DNA of 64,000 bases from Cirrosporium novae-zelandiae (Eukaryota). Made by a program: the position numbers and the translations under genes. Shown one piece after another: positions 38,191 through 51,005 of this stretch. How positions within the stretch are numbered: the stretch's first letter is position 1; every line of letters begins with the position of its first letter. The notes under the pieces were generated by a model. It saw only the letters and a program-made list of their open reading frames with translations, ran no database searches and was not told the origin of the DNA. The stretch is taken from positions 620,001 to 684,000 of the forward strand of contig JAPETS010000003.1 in assembly GCA_026023565.1 (NCBI GenBank), in the 5' to 3' direction.

Positions 38191-38843
38191 TGGTGATGAC
38201 GATGACGATGATGCCAATGATGTCAATGATAATTAATGTAAATAAGGCACGGATGAAAGGACAAACGCGAAAAAAGAAACCTAACGTATATAATTAACCA
38301 CATGAAATGAAATAATCATCAATCCTTCCTTGAATCACTTGTACTGTACTATACATATCTCTCCCTCAAGTAAAAGGAGCCATCAACTTAACCACATCCA
38401 GTACAATTCAAAAACAACCAAAAAAACAACCAAGAAGTTCAAGAACACCAAACTAAATCAAAGCCATAAATACAGAGCCTTACCCCCATGACTAGCAGCA
38501 CCCGCAACACCTTCCTTCAATAACAAAGAGAAGAAAAAAATACTTATCCCATCCCATCTCACCTCGGCTAGTCACTGAAGCACTTGGCACTAAACTCCCA
38601 AATTGAGAACCACTGGGGAGGGGGGGGGGGCACGTTTTATGAATTTATTATCAATCCACGCATCACATCACATTTCGTAGTAGTTAGTATAAAGATAAAA
38701 TATAAGATGTTAGGATATCTTTTTATGCGCATATACACATACACATGACACACACACACACCTTCAGAGAGCAAAAAAAAAGAACTAATGAACAAGGTAG
38801 GTAGATAGGCAGGTTATACGGGGATGTGTATATATAATTAAAG

Positions 38844-38879
38844 TCCATCCATCCATCCATCCATCCATCCATCCATCCA
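38844..38879. repeat. (TCCA)9 microsatellite
   Basis: Direct reading of the sequence. Confidence 0.85.
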
Positions 38880-39415
38880 AACAAAAAGCATAAAAAAAAA
38901 TCAAAAACATTATTCTTCCCCAAAAAAATAAGAGTTATTTGACAAGACGTAGTTTTAGTCCCAGTCAATCAATCAGTCAATAGTCCTAAGCATACGATCA
39001 TAGACAACATTAAAGATTTAATTTTTTTTGTGATCGTAGTTTGTTGGCGGCTGGGGCTGCCGTTTGTCATATCGTCAGTCGGAGAAAAGGCCGAGCCAGC
39101 TTAGCCTGAGTTATCTTATCCCAATAACCTCATCTCTGCCAATCCTCCCTTCCCCCATCTTGTCCTTGATGCGCATGAAAATCAGATTAAACGTCTCAAT
39201 GGTAAAAGGAAACTCGATGGTAATAACTTCCTGTTTCGTTTTTTTTTCCCTCTCCAGTGTTTTGCGACAAAGTTTCAAGGTTCTTGTTCATCGCGTCACC
39301 AAACTGCGTTTTCCGTTGGTGTGAAACCATTCCAGTGCCACAGCACCAAGTCTTCGCAGTAATACTATCGTGGAGAGTAAGGGGTATTTGTGTTGCATAA
39401 CAAGAGATGAGATGA

Positions 39416-39993
39416 TTAACAGCAATCCTCGGCGCATTCGCAGCATTCAAAACAGCATTCGCAGCACTCGCAACAACACATTTCGAGGCAGCAGCCCAGA
39501 CCAAGGGCTACAAGACTATATAATTCATTAGTATATAATGCGAGTAACATCATAGTAGATGATTTTGTGATATTTAACCTACCAGGTCTTGAAACAGCCG
39601 CCGCCACCACCACCCTGTTTCTGATGCTGTTGAGGAGGTGCTTGTTGGTATTGCATCTATTCAGAAGAGGTCAGAATTCCATCGAACAAAAAGTTTATTA
39701 TCGGCGATTGGTAGAACGTGACTTACGGGCGGGGGTCCTCCTTGGTAATATCCTTGAGGTGGAGGGTAGCCTCCTTGCTGAGGAGGGTATTGGCCGTAGC
39801 TACAGAAGCACTAAGATCAGCATTACCATTTTTTTTTTTTTCAGATCAGCTGCAATTGCGATGCTTAGATTTTCGCTACAAGTTTTGCGATAGAATTATG
39901 CCAAACATTGGATGAATATTGCTTCATCAGGGTGATGTCTTACCTTTGAGGTGGATACTGGGGCTGTTGGCCATAATAACCTTGGTTCGACAT
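39416..39993 (-). CDS. CYSTM-type Pro/Gln/Tyr-rich, Cys-rich tail protein, 98 aa; exons 39993-39944, 39799-39727, 39656-39583, 39515-39416
   Basis: Spliced product MSNQGYYGQQPQYPPQSYGQYPPQQGGYPPPQGYYQGGPPPMQYQQAPPQQHQKQGGGGGCFKTCLVALGLGCCLEMCCCECCECCFECCECAEDCC. Three GT..AG introns; total 297 nt in frame. Confidence 0.88.
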
Positions 39994-42588
39994 ATTGGTA
40001 ATATGGCTAAAGTTCGAAAATGTAAGATAGAGGATGAGAGCACTCAGATGAATATATGAAGTAGGTTATAAGGATGAATTGGGATTGATTGTTTCAATGC
40101 GATTCTAAAAAAGGGTGAGGATGCTGTCAGCGAGAGCTCAAAACTTAGTGGATCTTCCATTCCGTCGTTGCGCGTACATACCAAGATGCCAAGATGGCGA
40201 GCTTCTCTTTATTCCCGTGAGCGTTTAGATGCTTGTTTTTTTCCCCAAGAGATGACACAAAAGTAATTAACTTGCGCAAGTGTTTAAGGAAGCCTTTGAA
40301 ATAAGAAGAGGAAAGCAAATTGAGATGAAAGAGAGAAGACGGCTATGGCGGCGAGAGCGGGCGCTGCGGTTTGGTCAGCTGGGAACCTGCTCTTTTGGGC
40401 ATTTCCCTAAGCTTGGCTTTTGATGTCTTGGGGGTCTTGGGAGCCTTTAGGCGGAGAGGGTTCATGCTTTCTGTCATGCTGCTTTTATTCCAAACTTTGC
40501 AGAAAGACAAGCCACACCCTAATTTCAATTTCAATTAATATAATTCGTCTAAAATATACAAACTTTGTTCAAATCATAGTCCTTTCCGTCATCGTACAAC
40601 CCTATTTGCATTTCCGGGCCCTGCTGCTTTTTCTTTTGAGTCAATGATCTTTTTTGGCTCAGCCTCACCAAACCACGCAAGGCGAAGGGGATGAATTTAT
40701 AGGCTTCCATAGATAGCAATTTTCAAGGTTAAAAGAACTGTCAAAACCAATCTTCAAATGCCCGTTGATCGTCATCAAATATTTCACTGAGTACGTAGAT
40801 CCAAGCCCCCAGTAGCCGGTATACCACATATGAATTCGTCCCATGGGCCGAATGTCTCCGGAAGTACTTAGTGGTCTTTTGCCAAGCTGTCGTTCGTATT
40901 TCCACCCATCTATATATATATGGTAGCGCTTTGAATATGCCAAATCTTAAATTGTTACATATGAATAAAGGCTCATAGAGAATAGACTATATATGAAACA
41001 TAAAATATCAGTGTTGAAGCGGCTCGATATCACATCTTCAACCTTGGGCAAAATCACAAGCAATGGTGTTGATTCAGAAGTAGCTGTATCCGTCGGAATT
41101 ACCGGCCGACAACTGGGGCTTGGCAGGTCCAGGAAATATGACCTGGCGTTAAGGTCGCCGCAATAAAACGTACTGTAGATCCGGCTCGATAGCTTATTTC
41201 TGCGGGTGTGATGAGACCAAGTAGCGAGCGATACTCGGCAGCAACAGACGACCGAACCCCCTAATGCTCTTTGGGCCTTGGATATGATTCTCTGCTACGA
41301 ATTCAGTAATCATTCCTTTCGTAAGAGCTTGAAGGCACTAACAGTCAAGTCCTTAGTATCATCAAGGGCATTTCAACGGTAGAAGTTAACTGCTCCGCTT
41401 GAGGTTACGAATGATCCAATACCCACAACGGGAAGAAAAAGCTGGGAGAAATATTCTTCACATGTAACTGCTGTATAAGTCCTAGGGCGAACTATGCGCT
41501 GGTTGTGAACTCGAATCCAAGTTCAACATACACATTCATTAAAATCGGTTATAAGCTCACTGTGAGTAATATTTTGGCATACAAGAAGATGAAAAGATTC
41601 AAAGCAATGTAGATCTGGGGTATAATGAACCAAATAGAAACAGAACATCTGGTCTCGTCTTATGGATCTACTAAGGAGCCTATCCATCTTCCAAGTAAGC
41701 CTAAGAGGTGCTCTCAGCTGAATGTATTGACGACTTATGGAAAGGAAATCAGGTTCTAGGTTCGGTCATTATGAATCCAAGGGGGGATAATCGAGTCCAC
41801 ACAAGACTGTTAAACTATTCTCAGGGCTTGCAAGTGCGGACAACATGATATGGATTCTATATGAGAAAATATAGTTTCAACGTGGTCTCAATCACTTTTG
41901 GTAAGTGGCCATCTATTGACCATTGATAAGCTCTTTTCACACTATATGATGAGTGAGAAAATGTCAAGAGCAAGTAAGTAACAAAGGTACCGAGGTATCC
42001 CATGCTTTTTGTACCGGATACCTACGACGTATATGTATTATGTATTTGCAAAAGATGTGACGTGTTCAAGGGGGTTCGCAAGTGAGAGGAAAGGAGAAAG
42101 AAGAGTGGTAGAGAAGCAAAGGATGATGAAGTGCCCTGACAGATCTTTAGGAGGCCTTGAAGTGTTGTAAAATAGCCTAACTTCAAGGAAATGAGGCCGA
42201 CAACTACCGGTGAATGGTGGAAGTCCTCAGGCTTCAAAAATTCCAGGTTTGGGTCGGGTTGCTTCACATGCTTTTTTTTTAAAAATCCCAGCACCAGCAC
42301 CAAATCTTCAATCGTGCACTGTCTGTTTGGATGCATTACAGCGTGGCACCTAACCATTCATCATCCCCTTTTTGTACAAAAATCTGTCCAGCATGCTTTC
42401 TATTTGTTGCTTCAATAATATTCTTTTAGGCAAGATTAGCTCCCAGTCTTGAACTCTCAAGGTCCTCATCTTAAAAAAGGATTTATCCTACTTTGTACAA
42501 ATAACTAAAACACCAACCTCGTAGAATAGCAACAAAAAACAAAAGAAACTCCCCCCCCGCATACAACATAAGCTGCAATCTCTAAACA

Positions 42589-43801
42589 ATGGCGACCTCG
42601 GTCTTATCCCTAACACCATTCGTACCATATCACACCTCGGCGGGGCGGGCAAAGATAGTCAAGTAAGTGGACATTGCTCCACCGCAACTCGGACAGAAAA
42701 AGCATAAGGCTAATAGATTAAATCACTTTACCAGGTTCGGTGGCTTAATTACGACAGAATTCCTCGAACCCTCTCCAGGGCGGAGCTACCTCCTGCGACA
42801 GACCTACAAACACAAACTCGATGGCCCCGTCCCAGAAAGCCTACGCAGGCTTTTCGACTCACCGAAGCGACCGCGCGGGCCGGGATTACACTTCCACCAA
42901 TACCAGACGGAATATTTCCATGTCGAGTCAGGATTAATGGGCATCGAGGTGGACGGGGTCATGCACAAAATCGGAGTTGAAGATGGGGAGATATTGATAA
43001 AGCCAGGGAGCGTACATCGCTTCTTCATTCACCCGGATTCCACAGAGGATCTGGTCGTCTATTTAAGCGCGTCAGACTCGGGGAAAGATTATCAGCTTGA
43101 TAGGACGTTCCTCGAGAACTTTTATGGGTACTGGCATGATGCTACGCTTTATTATGGCGGACCCAATTGGATCCAAGCTTTGGCTGTAAGTACGAGCTCT
43201 CACTTTCTGGTACTTCAGAAGAGAGTGCGCTTCATTTCAAGGACAAGTTACAGTTACAACAGCACACATAGGTTCGAAATCGCACTAACCCATCTCACTC
43301 CCTAGATCCTCGACAGCGGGGACTCGTACGTCGCGCCTCCATCCTGGGTGCCCTTCAGGCGCACACTCGGCTACTGGGGCTGCGTGGTCCTCGGGCGCTG
43401 GGTCGGAGGAATCCTAAACTACAAACCCTTTTTCCGAGAATACACGACCGACTGGGACTACGCCATGGCTAAGATCTCAGGCTCCTATTTCCAACGCCAC
43501 ATGATCGAAACCGCCTACGCATCTGCGCAACCCTGGGAAGGACAGATGGCAATGCACATTGAAAACGGGAACTCGATGAATGGCAGCCGCCTGTTAACGA
43601 CGAAAGAGGATCAGCAAAAGGTAATTTCCAACGAGGTTTACATTGATATCTTGGATTGAGTTTTAATCAAAAATTATTTTGTGCTTTCAGAACCAGAACG
43701 GCAGCGAAAGGCTCTTGGAGGGGTTAGGGTTCAGGGCCAACGGGAAGAGAAATTCAAATTCGAGTAGGGCTGAAAGTTCAGATGTTGCAATGAGCTGGTA
43801 G
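42589..43801 (+). CDS. Cupin-domain protein similar to VirC/FogC/SrdD of salicylaldehyde biosynthesis; exons 42589-42662, 42735-43185, 43306-43620, 43691-43801 (ends at 43659 if the last intron is not spliced)
   Basis: [24 protein letters not shown], cupin motif 1 [19 protein letters not shown], motif 2 [31 protein letters not shown] and [22 protein letters not shown]. Introns 42663-42734 and 43186-43305 are canonical. Confidence 0.8.
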
Positions 43802-45920
43802 TGGCGGGGGGAGAGACGGAGGGAGAAAGAGAGGGGAGGACTTATTACCAAAGCAAAAACACCATCAAACTTACGAGGACGGCGACAGACGCACACGAGA
43901 CGTATCAGCGATTCGATTCGATCCAATTCAACAAGAAGAAATGGGCGGCCCCAGGTTAGATCTTTGTTTCTGTCTTCGCAAGCAGCTCCGCAGGACTAGC
44001 TCCATGTGGATGGATGGATGGATGGGGTGGGATGTTTATTTTGAACAAGAGGAGAACCAAGAAAGAACGGAAGAAAGAAAGCAAGAGAGAGAGAGAAAGA
44101 CTTTTGGTTATCTTCCAAAGCCAACACTGGCATTTACAATCGGGAAATACAAATACAAATACAAATACATACATAACATATATACCACAGACATTTGGCT
44201 CGAGCTACACGACCCGACCCGATCCGGTCCGGTTTATTTCGTTTTTTGGCGCAAGATCATGTATATATATTTCTTTCACCACCACCATCATTACCATCAT
44301 TATTATCATCAGGATACACACACACATACACACATGCATACGGATGGGTGGGTGACACTAGCATTATATAGAAGAGAAGACGGAAATATTACATATATTT
44401 ATATCGCAACACAACGCAACACTACTTGCTTATTCACTTGCCTACTTACCTATGTACCGAATCCATATCAAAATCCATACCAAAATCCACATCAATTAAA
44501 ACCGAAATCACACTCAACAAACCCCCTCTAATCCTCCTTCTCCACCTCTATCATACATATAACCCCCCCCCCCCCTACCCTACTCCCACTCTCCTCCCAA
44601 CTTCCCTCCCAACTTCCCCCCTATCCTAATCCCCCCACCCCTCAAAAATTTTCAAAACATTCCTTTAAAACACCCAACCAACCAAGTAAATAGAAGTAAG
44701 AGATCAGTAGCAACCAAGCTCCAGCCGACAGTCGACAACAGACAGACACCGGTCGGTAGTAAACGGATGGATCCAAGCGAGCTGTGCGAGCTGATAAAAA
44801 ACAGAACGGGGTGTTACGAACCGAACCAGAACCGATTCGAATTTAAAATAGTGATGGATGGGTACATTATTACATGTAGATAATCGGTCGAGACTTATCT
44901 GATGTATACATACCTAGGTACATATATGACATGCACCATGCACCATGGTATACAGTTAGTTGCCGATCCAAGTTAGTGAGTACCGTTTTCATGCTTTTAA
45001 CAAAAAGTCTACCATATCCTTAGTCTATGATTTATTATCGAAAAATGTCAAGGACAACCTACCTACTACCAAGTATAATACTGTGGTGTTGTTGGGGACG
45101 CACGTGGAAGGGATGGTAGGAGATTGCATGTAGATACTCGAGTAGATGAGCTGTAAGGAACAAGTTACAATGGTACAATGATACAACAACTACATAAAAG
45201 CTACAAAATAAGCTTCATACAACTGAAGTGGATGATTGGTACGTGCGTTACAAGTACATGTACCCGCGCGCACATCATCTAGCTATCTAGTAAGCCGAAT
45301 CGAGGTATCTAAATTGTTCAAATACTCGATATAAGCACATTAGCCAAGGCATCCAACATGTACATAGTACATAATTGAAACAAAAATCACACCGAATGCT
45401 TAAGTTTGCTAGCTTCATTATGCTTGCTCAGCGCTTAGGCAAAGTCTGTATTTATATTAGCCGCTGACCGACTTCTCGCAACTCACCTGACTCAGATCGA
45501 ACGCTAAGTATTAGTGGACTCGGTGACCGCTGTTTGTGTCAGAAGATGTGACAGATGAGTCAATCAGCAACACTGCAAAAATAAATGTACGTTAAGCATT
45601 AAGTGGCATAGATATATTTGACGCTATTCTATGTATATAACGGCGTCTCGACCATCAAAAACATGAAACTAAACGTAAATATAAGTTCCTAGATGAGAAA
45701 AAAAAGAATCAAAGTATGCACAGCACTTAAAAAACTTGACATCATGTTATCAGCATTAATCAGTAAGAGTTCAATCGTAACATCGTGGCAGTATCTTTCT
45801 GGATATTGCCACGGTAAACCCAAACACCGCGCCCGACAAAGATATCGGACACCAAAAACCCATAAAAATAAGACATGAAAAATAAACAAGAAAAACGAAA
45901 GAAAAAAAAAGATAAGAGTA

Positions 45921-48031
45921 TTATTGCAGTTCGAAATTAAAGATATCACCGACGGCAGCATCCTGATGCTGCACATCAACGGGAGTAGAAAAGTACATTG
46001 AAGGGAACTGTGAAGAGGGCAAGGTATTGGAGGGGATGAGAGGAATCTGAATGGAATTGAACGATGACTGAGCAACGTCCATCGGTTGATCCCATCCACC
46101 TAACATTTGATAAGCAGCAGGAGCAGATGACGGTTGAAAAGCTGTCGTGTCGAGAGTCTGATTGATCGAGTAGGCTGAAGGCTGAAACGAGTTGTCGATG
46201 AGAGGAAGATCGGATGGCACATTGCTTGAGAGAATCGGAGGGTTGGTGATGAATTGGTCGATATTGATGTCGTCTTCCACGTCATCTGCTGCTGCGCTAG
46301 TCTCATCATTAGAGCCTTTGAAGACCCACTCTTCTCTTTCCTCCATCCAAAGCTTGAGGACGTCCATCGGAGGTTCAGTCCCTCCGCCTTTGCCTCCGCG
46401 CTTTTCGTCACCCTTGTTTCGACCGCCACGACCACGCTTGCATGGATTGAAATGAGCTCGTCGAAGGTGTGCGGCTGCATTATAGTATGCACCGTACTTT
46501 TTGCCATTACGGCATGCCTTGCAGTTGGCGAGAAAGGTCTTATCAGGAGATTGATCGATACAGACCCAGACTTTACGAACAGTCTTATGAGCGCGGTCAA
46601 TGTGGCGTCGAAGTTCGTGTTCGCCACGGAACCCTTCAGGGCGTTCATTACAGCGAGGACACTTTGCTCGAGGGTGAGTGGGTCGAACATAGGGTGCTTT
46701 GGAAATGCTGACGACGTCTTTGACAGTTCCGTCAGCAGATTTGACCTGCACCATCTTGTGTTCGGATGATGGGGTAGAGCTTGAACTTTCTTTCTTCGTA
46801 AGTTTGGGCGCAATTGGCCTTGAGCTTTGTAAGATCTGCTCTTGCCTTCTGCGCGACAGTCGAGACTGATTTGAGGAACTCGAGCTATTGCTCTCGTCGG
46901 AAAGCGAATGCTTCATCTCCTCTGAATGATGAGGAGATGATGACATAGGTACAGAAACAGAACCAGACAGTGATGCATGAGAAAAAGGTGCATTTGCAAC
47001 AATGTCACGAGAATAATCAGAAGTAGGAAATAAGAATTCAAAATTGCTGTCATTGACTTTTGCCAACGACTCGCAAAAACTGTCTGGAGGAAAATCTCCA
47101 GACAAATTCACAGCTGACTGATTCGAGTTGAATCGTAACATCTCAATTCCTCCACACAATGAACCACTTGATGTACTCGCTTGCCGACTCATGTCGCTTG
47201 CAGATGTGGTAGCACTTGTCAGTGAGCTCGTTGTTGGTGTGTTAGGAAACGAGTTATCAAGAACATTACCCACTGCAAATGACCGGTCCGAGGAGATCGA
47301 AACTCGATGGGTGCTGTTCATCGGAGGCCCAGGGAAGGTGGCGGCCGGGGATGGCGTCAGAGAAATGGCTGGAGGAACCTGATTCTCGTCCGAAATCTTT
47401 GAGACGAAATCTGCCGGCTGATATTCGTGGACGTTTTGTAGTTGAAGGGCCGGTTTTCGCTGGGAGGATGGCCCGCGTACCAAATTCTTTGTCCTTGTTG
47501 TGTAGACGCTGAAAGGTTCCTCGGTGTTGTCTGACCAAACTCCAGTATTCGATGTTGAGAGGGTGGTCGTGCGGAGGGGAGACACGGGACCACCGCTACC
47601 AGAGAAAGGGTTTTCACCATTCCGAGAGTTATTCGATCGTTTCCTTGCCATCAGGGGAGCCGCGATGAGGTCGAAGTTTGTGGAAGGCTCGGAAGTCTAA
47701 AACCAAGTCAATCTCCAGGCCAAATTGGTATAACATAGAAAAGGATCCCTACGGAGGCGCGTCTCTTCGCTGGTATGACACTCGAGGGCATCGTCCGCGG
47801 GACTTGGGATTGTGTGTGTTGTAGGGGTGTTGATGAAAGACCAAATCGAGACATTCCCATATCTGAATCGACCAAAACATCCGAGTTGAGAAGGGAAACC
47901 AGTTCGGCACTTCGATGAGCCCATAGTAGTTGTCGTTCTTCCTCAGACTGTGCAGTTGTTGTGCTGAAGAAGATTTCCCGTTCCTGAAGAATACACCGAG
48001 CAAGGACGTCGTTGCTAGAAGGGACCGCCAT
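45921..48031 (-). CDS. Zinc-finger-like putative regulator (KLAP1 / key lime pathogenicity protein-like); exons 48031-47753, 47696-45921
   Basis: [94 protein letters not shown]. Intron 47752-47697 links the upstream exon MAVPSSND.. in frame. Confidence 0.82.
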
Positions 48032-48421
48032 GGGGTTGGAGTTGTAGGACAGAATGTTTAAGGATCCTTGGAGTTCGGTATGAATTTCCTTTTGTATAAC
48101 CAATCCTTAACTGAGCCAGGAAGTGGAGGTAGGATCTGTATACGGTCAGTTTCATAGAACAGAGGGGAAGGGTACTCTGGTGCTTTAGGGATAAAGATTG
48201 ATTCCACTCACAAGCAAAGTATATTTTTGCTTGGGAAACTGAAGTATGTTTTTTTGAGGGATGTGAGAACTGAGACGGTGATCTTCGCAAGTTAAAGATA
48301 AGGCGAACAGTGAGGGAGAAGAAAAGCGAACGAGGAAGGGTGGAATGCCACTGGCTTTTCTGAAGGAGAGATGAGCTGGCAGCGGTATGGTGACTTCGGA
48401 CAAAGTTACAAGGTACGACCG

Positions 48422-48424
<3 letters not shown>

Positions 48425-48471
<47 letters not shown>
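48425..48471. repeat. G47 homopolymer
   Basis: Uninterrupted run of 47 G. Confidence 0.9.
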
Positions 48472-48472
<1 letters not shown>

Positions 48473-50928
48473 GATGATGAGAGACGATGGGAAATGATAG
48501 TTGACGGTTGGAAAGTTAGAAAGCTAGAGTCTAAGTTTGTCCTTCCAGACTTTCAGACCTTCAGACCCTACAAAAAATGCCCAGGAATTAAGGGCGAGAG
48601 TAAAGGGAATAGGCGGGTCTTGTTAATTCGAAAAGCAAGGCAACCAAACAAATGATAGCACCATTGAATTGGGGCATTAGGAAGACCTCCCGGGGGGAAC
48701 TAAATGACAGGGTTGGATTAGTTGGCACTTGGTTGGATAAGTTGGATAAGTTGGATAGCCCAAGTCACATTTTAGTTAATCCTAATTTGGTTAGATTATA
48801 TTCATAATTCATCTCAAGTGTCCCGAATTCCCGGCAATTAGTCTACTCTGGTAGGCCCGATATTCTTCTCGATCCTCCACTATCACTAACTATCACCCTT
48901 CTTAATCCTTCTAACCCTTTTTAACTCTTCTTAACTCTTCTACACGACACACCTCTCCCACCTTTCCCACCTTTTTGACCCATGTCGACCCATTATCCTC
49001 AGACTTCCCCCCTCCTTGGATCCCATCCCTCAATCTGATTTGAGATTGATTCGATAATTTTGATTTGATTTGATCAAACTGATTATCTGGGGGGAAAAGA
49101 GGGAGAAGAGGGACAATAAGAGAGGGGGTGAAAGATGATCATCAAGTCCCCCCCCCCCACTATCCTTGTAACCCTCCACATGGCTCCCTCTTCCATCCTT
49201 CTGTCTCGCCCTCGTCTTGACACGTCATGCAGGTTTATTGGGTTCAAGACAGTGGTTTATGCATCTACTCATTCTGATCTTCCTATTATTTTCTTTCTCA
49301 ATACACCCAGTTGTGCCAGTTAGAGGAAGGGCGTCACGGGCTAGACAGCATCTCTGAGGCAACCTGACCATGCCGCTGGCCGTATTTGACACTGCCTTGA
49401 GCCTTTGAGTCCTTGAGCCTTTTGGATTTCTTCCGAGTTTTGGGTCTGGTCTGACTTGACTTGGGCTGATTCTTCCAGTTGTGTCCAGCGTTCAACTCCA
49501 GTCGTGGCCCATGGCTATGCTTGATGGCCATTCGTACCATTCAACAAAACCCATGTCTTGGCAGAAATCTCACCTACCTAAGCGAGGAATCTCGAGAGAG
49601 TACCACAGTAACCAAGAGACAGATAAAATGCTGACCGTGTGTCTGTCCCCCCACCATTGGTACGGAACCGAGCCAACACAGCGAATTAACAGAAAATGGC
49701 CTCTGTCGAGGCATTCTCCGAGTATGGAGAACACACATTAACTTACTCATGATACCCTATAGACATCTGTGACTCACGAAAGATGATTACTGAATTAAGC
49801 AAACGTGTGCAAGTTATACAGTTGCCTTTTCCAATGTTGTGCTTCTTCCATTCTACCAAGTACAGCCGAGCGAGTAGTCCGGTGCGTTGCTGTTGTACTG
49901 AATATCTACTCGAGTACGCCGCAATATTACGTTAGACATATTCTAATTGTGTGTTTTGGCTTATCCGCCGATAGCCATCTTTATCACCTTGGTTATTTAT
50001 TGTTGGTCGAAATGTAACTACATTCGAAGGCCTAGACCAGTATGAAAATGGTGGGCTCTTTACTGTCTTTTGATTTTTGTTAATTTTCTGAATCGATATA
50101 CTACCTCGCTTGAGAAAAATGGTACATTCTCAAACGAAAAAAATATCCCAACGGTTTCATGATGAAGAATATCCCGATCCGGGGTGCTGGACTGACGAGG
50201 CCTGGTTGTGGTCGATAATTAATGATTCCGATCCGGAACTATATACTATATATCTCCATATACCCCTAAGCAGCCATGTATCCTAGCATACCCAAAATGC
50301 GAATCGATATCCCTAGAAGCCCTTTAGTAAATATTTGCCATATATGGATGTGATGTTGACGATCTTTGCATCTAGGGTTTGGTTTGTGGTGTGGAGGGAT
50401 CCCTTGCAATCAGAAGGTGCAACAGAAGAAGATATACTCGGTCATTATAATACAAGTCGATGAAACAGCACCTATCACCTCTTTCACCAGTATTCAATTA
50501 TCCCTTCAGAGACCTCCATTCAATCCAGGTATAGGACTAAAAGGACTCCATCCCATCCCAGCCCAGCTCAGCTCATCCCATACTCATCCACCAAACCACC
50601 AACTAATACATGCTCTCTAAATGATATAGATAGGACAGCTTATCATCCATCCACCAAATACATTTATAAAAGATCTATCTAATTACTACAAACCCCAGTT
50701 CAGCACCATAGTCACATTCCTATCCCTATTACATCAACCCAACCCAAAAAAAGGGAAAAAAGAAACGCCATAGAGGCCTTCCAACTCCCTCTTTCATTCA
50801 TTCTTCCCTCTAAAAACTCATCCAAAAAGCCTCAATACCATACCCCTCAAAAAAACTAAAGAAAAAAAAAGTATACCAGATCCCAATAATTCCTTAGTAC
50901 CCTAAATCATATTTTTTACCTACAAGTA

Positions 50929-51005
50929 TATATCAAATACTATATCTAATACTATATCTAATACTATATCTAATACTATATCTAATACTATATCTAACAC
51001 TATAT
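50929..51005. repeat. 12-bp tandem repeat (TATATCTAATAC) x about 6
   Basis: Direct reading; the terminal copies carry single substitutions. Confidence 0.9.

Noticed and set aside
36003..38226. Antisense and alternative-frame ORFs over the GH3 gene (and similarly over uL1m, fahA, GUS1 and the zinc-finger genes)
   Set aside because: Shadow ORFs caused by GC-rich codon usage of the real genes.
43941..44629. 196-aa and overlapping ORFs with His/Tyr-Lys runs
   Set aside because: Built from simple repeats (GGAT, AAATAC, CAC/CAT, CA); not protein-like.
48371..48655. Poly-Gly ORF
   Set aside because: Artefact of the G47 homopolymer.
50929..51005. Tandem repeats as a possible CRISPR-like array
   Set aside because: Head-to-tail 12-mers without spacers in a eukaryotic genome; an ordinary minisatellite.
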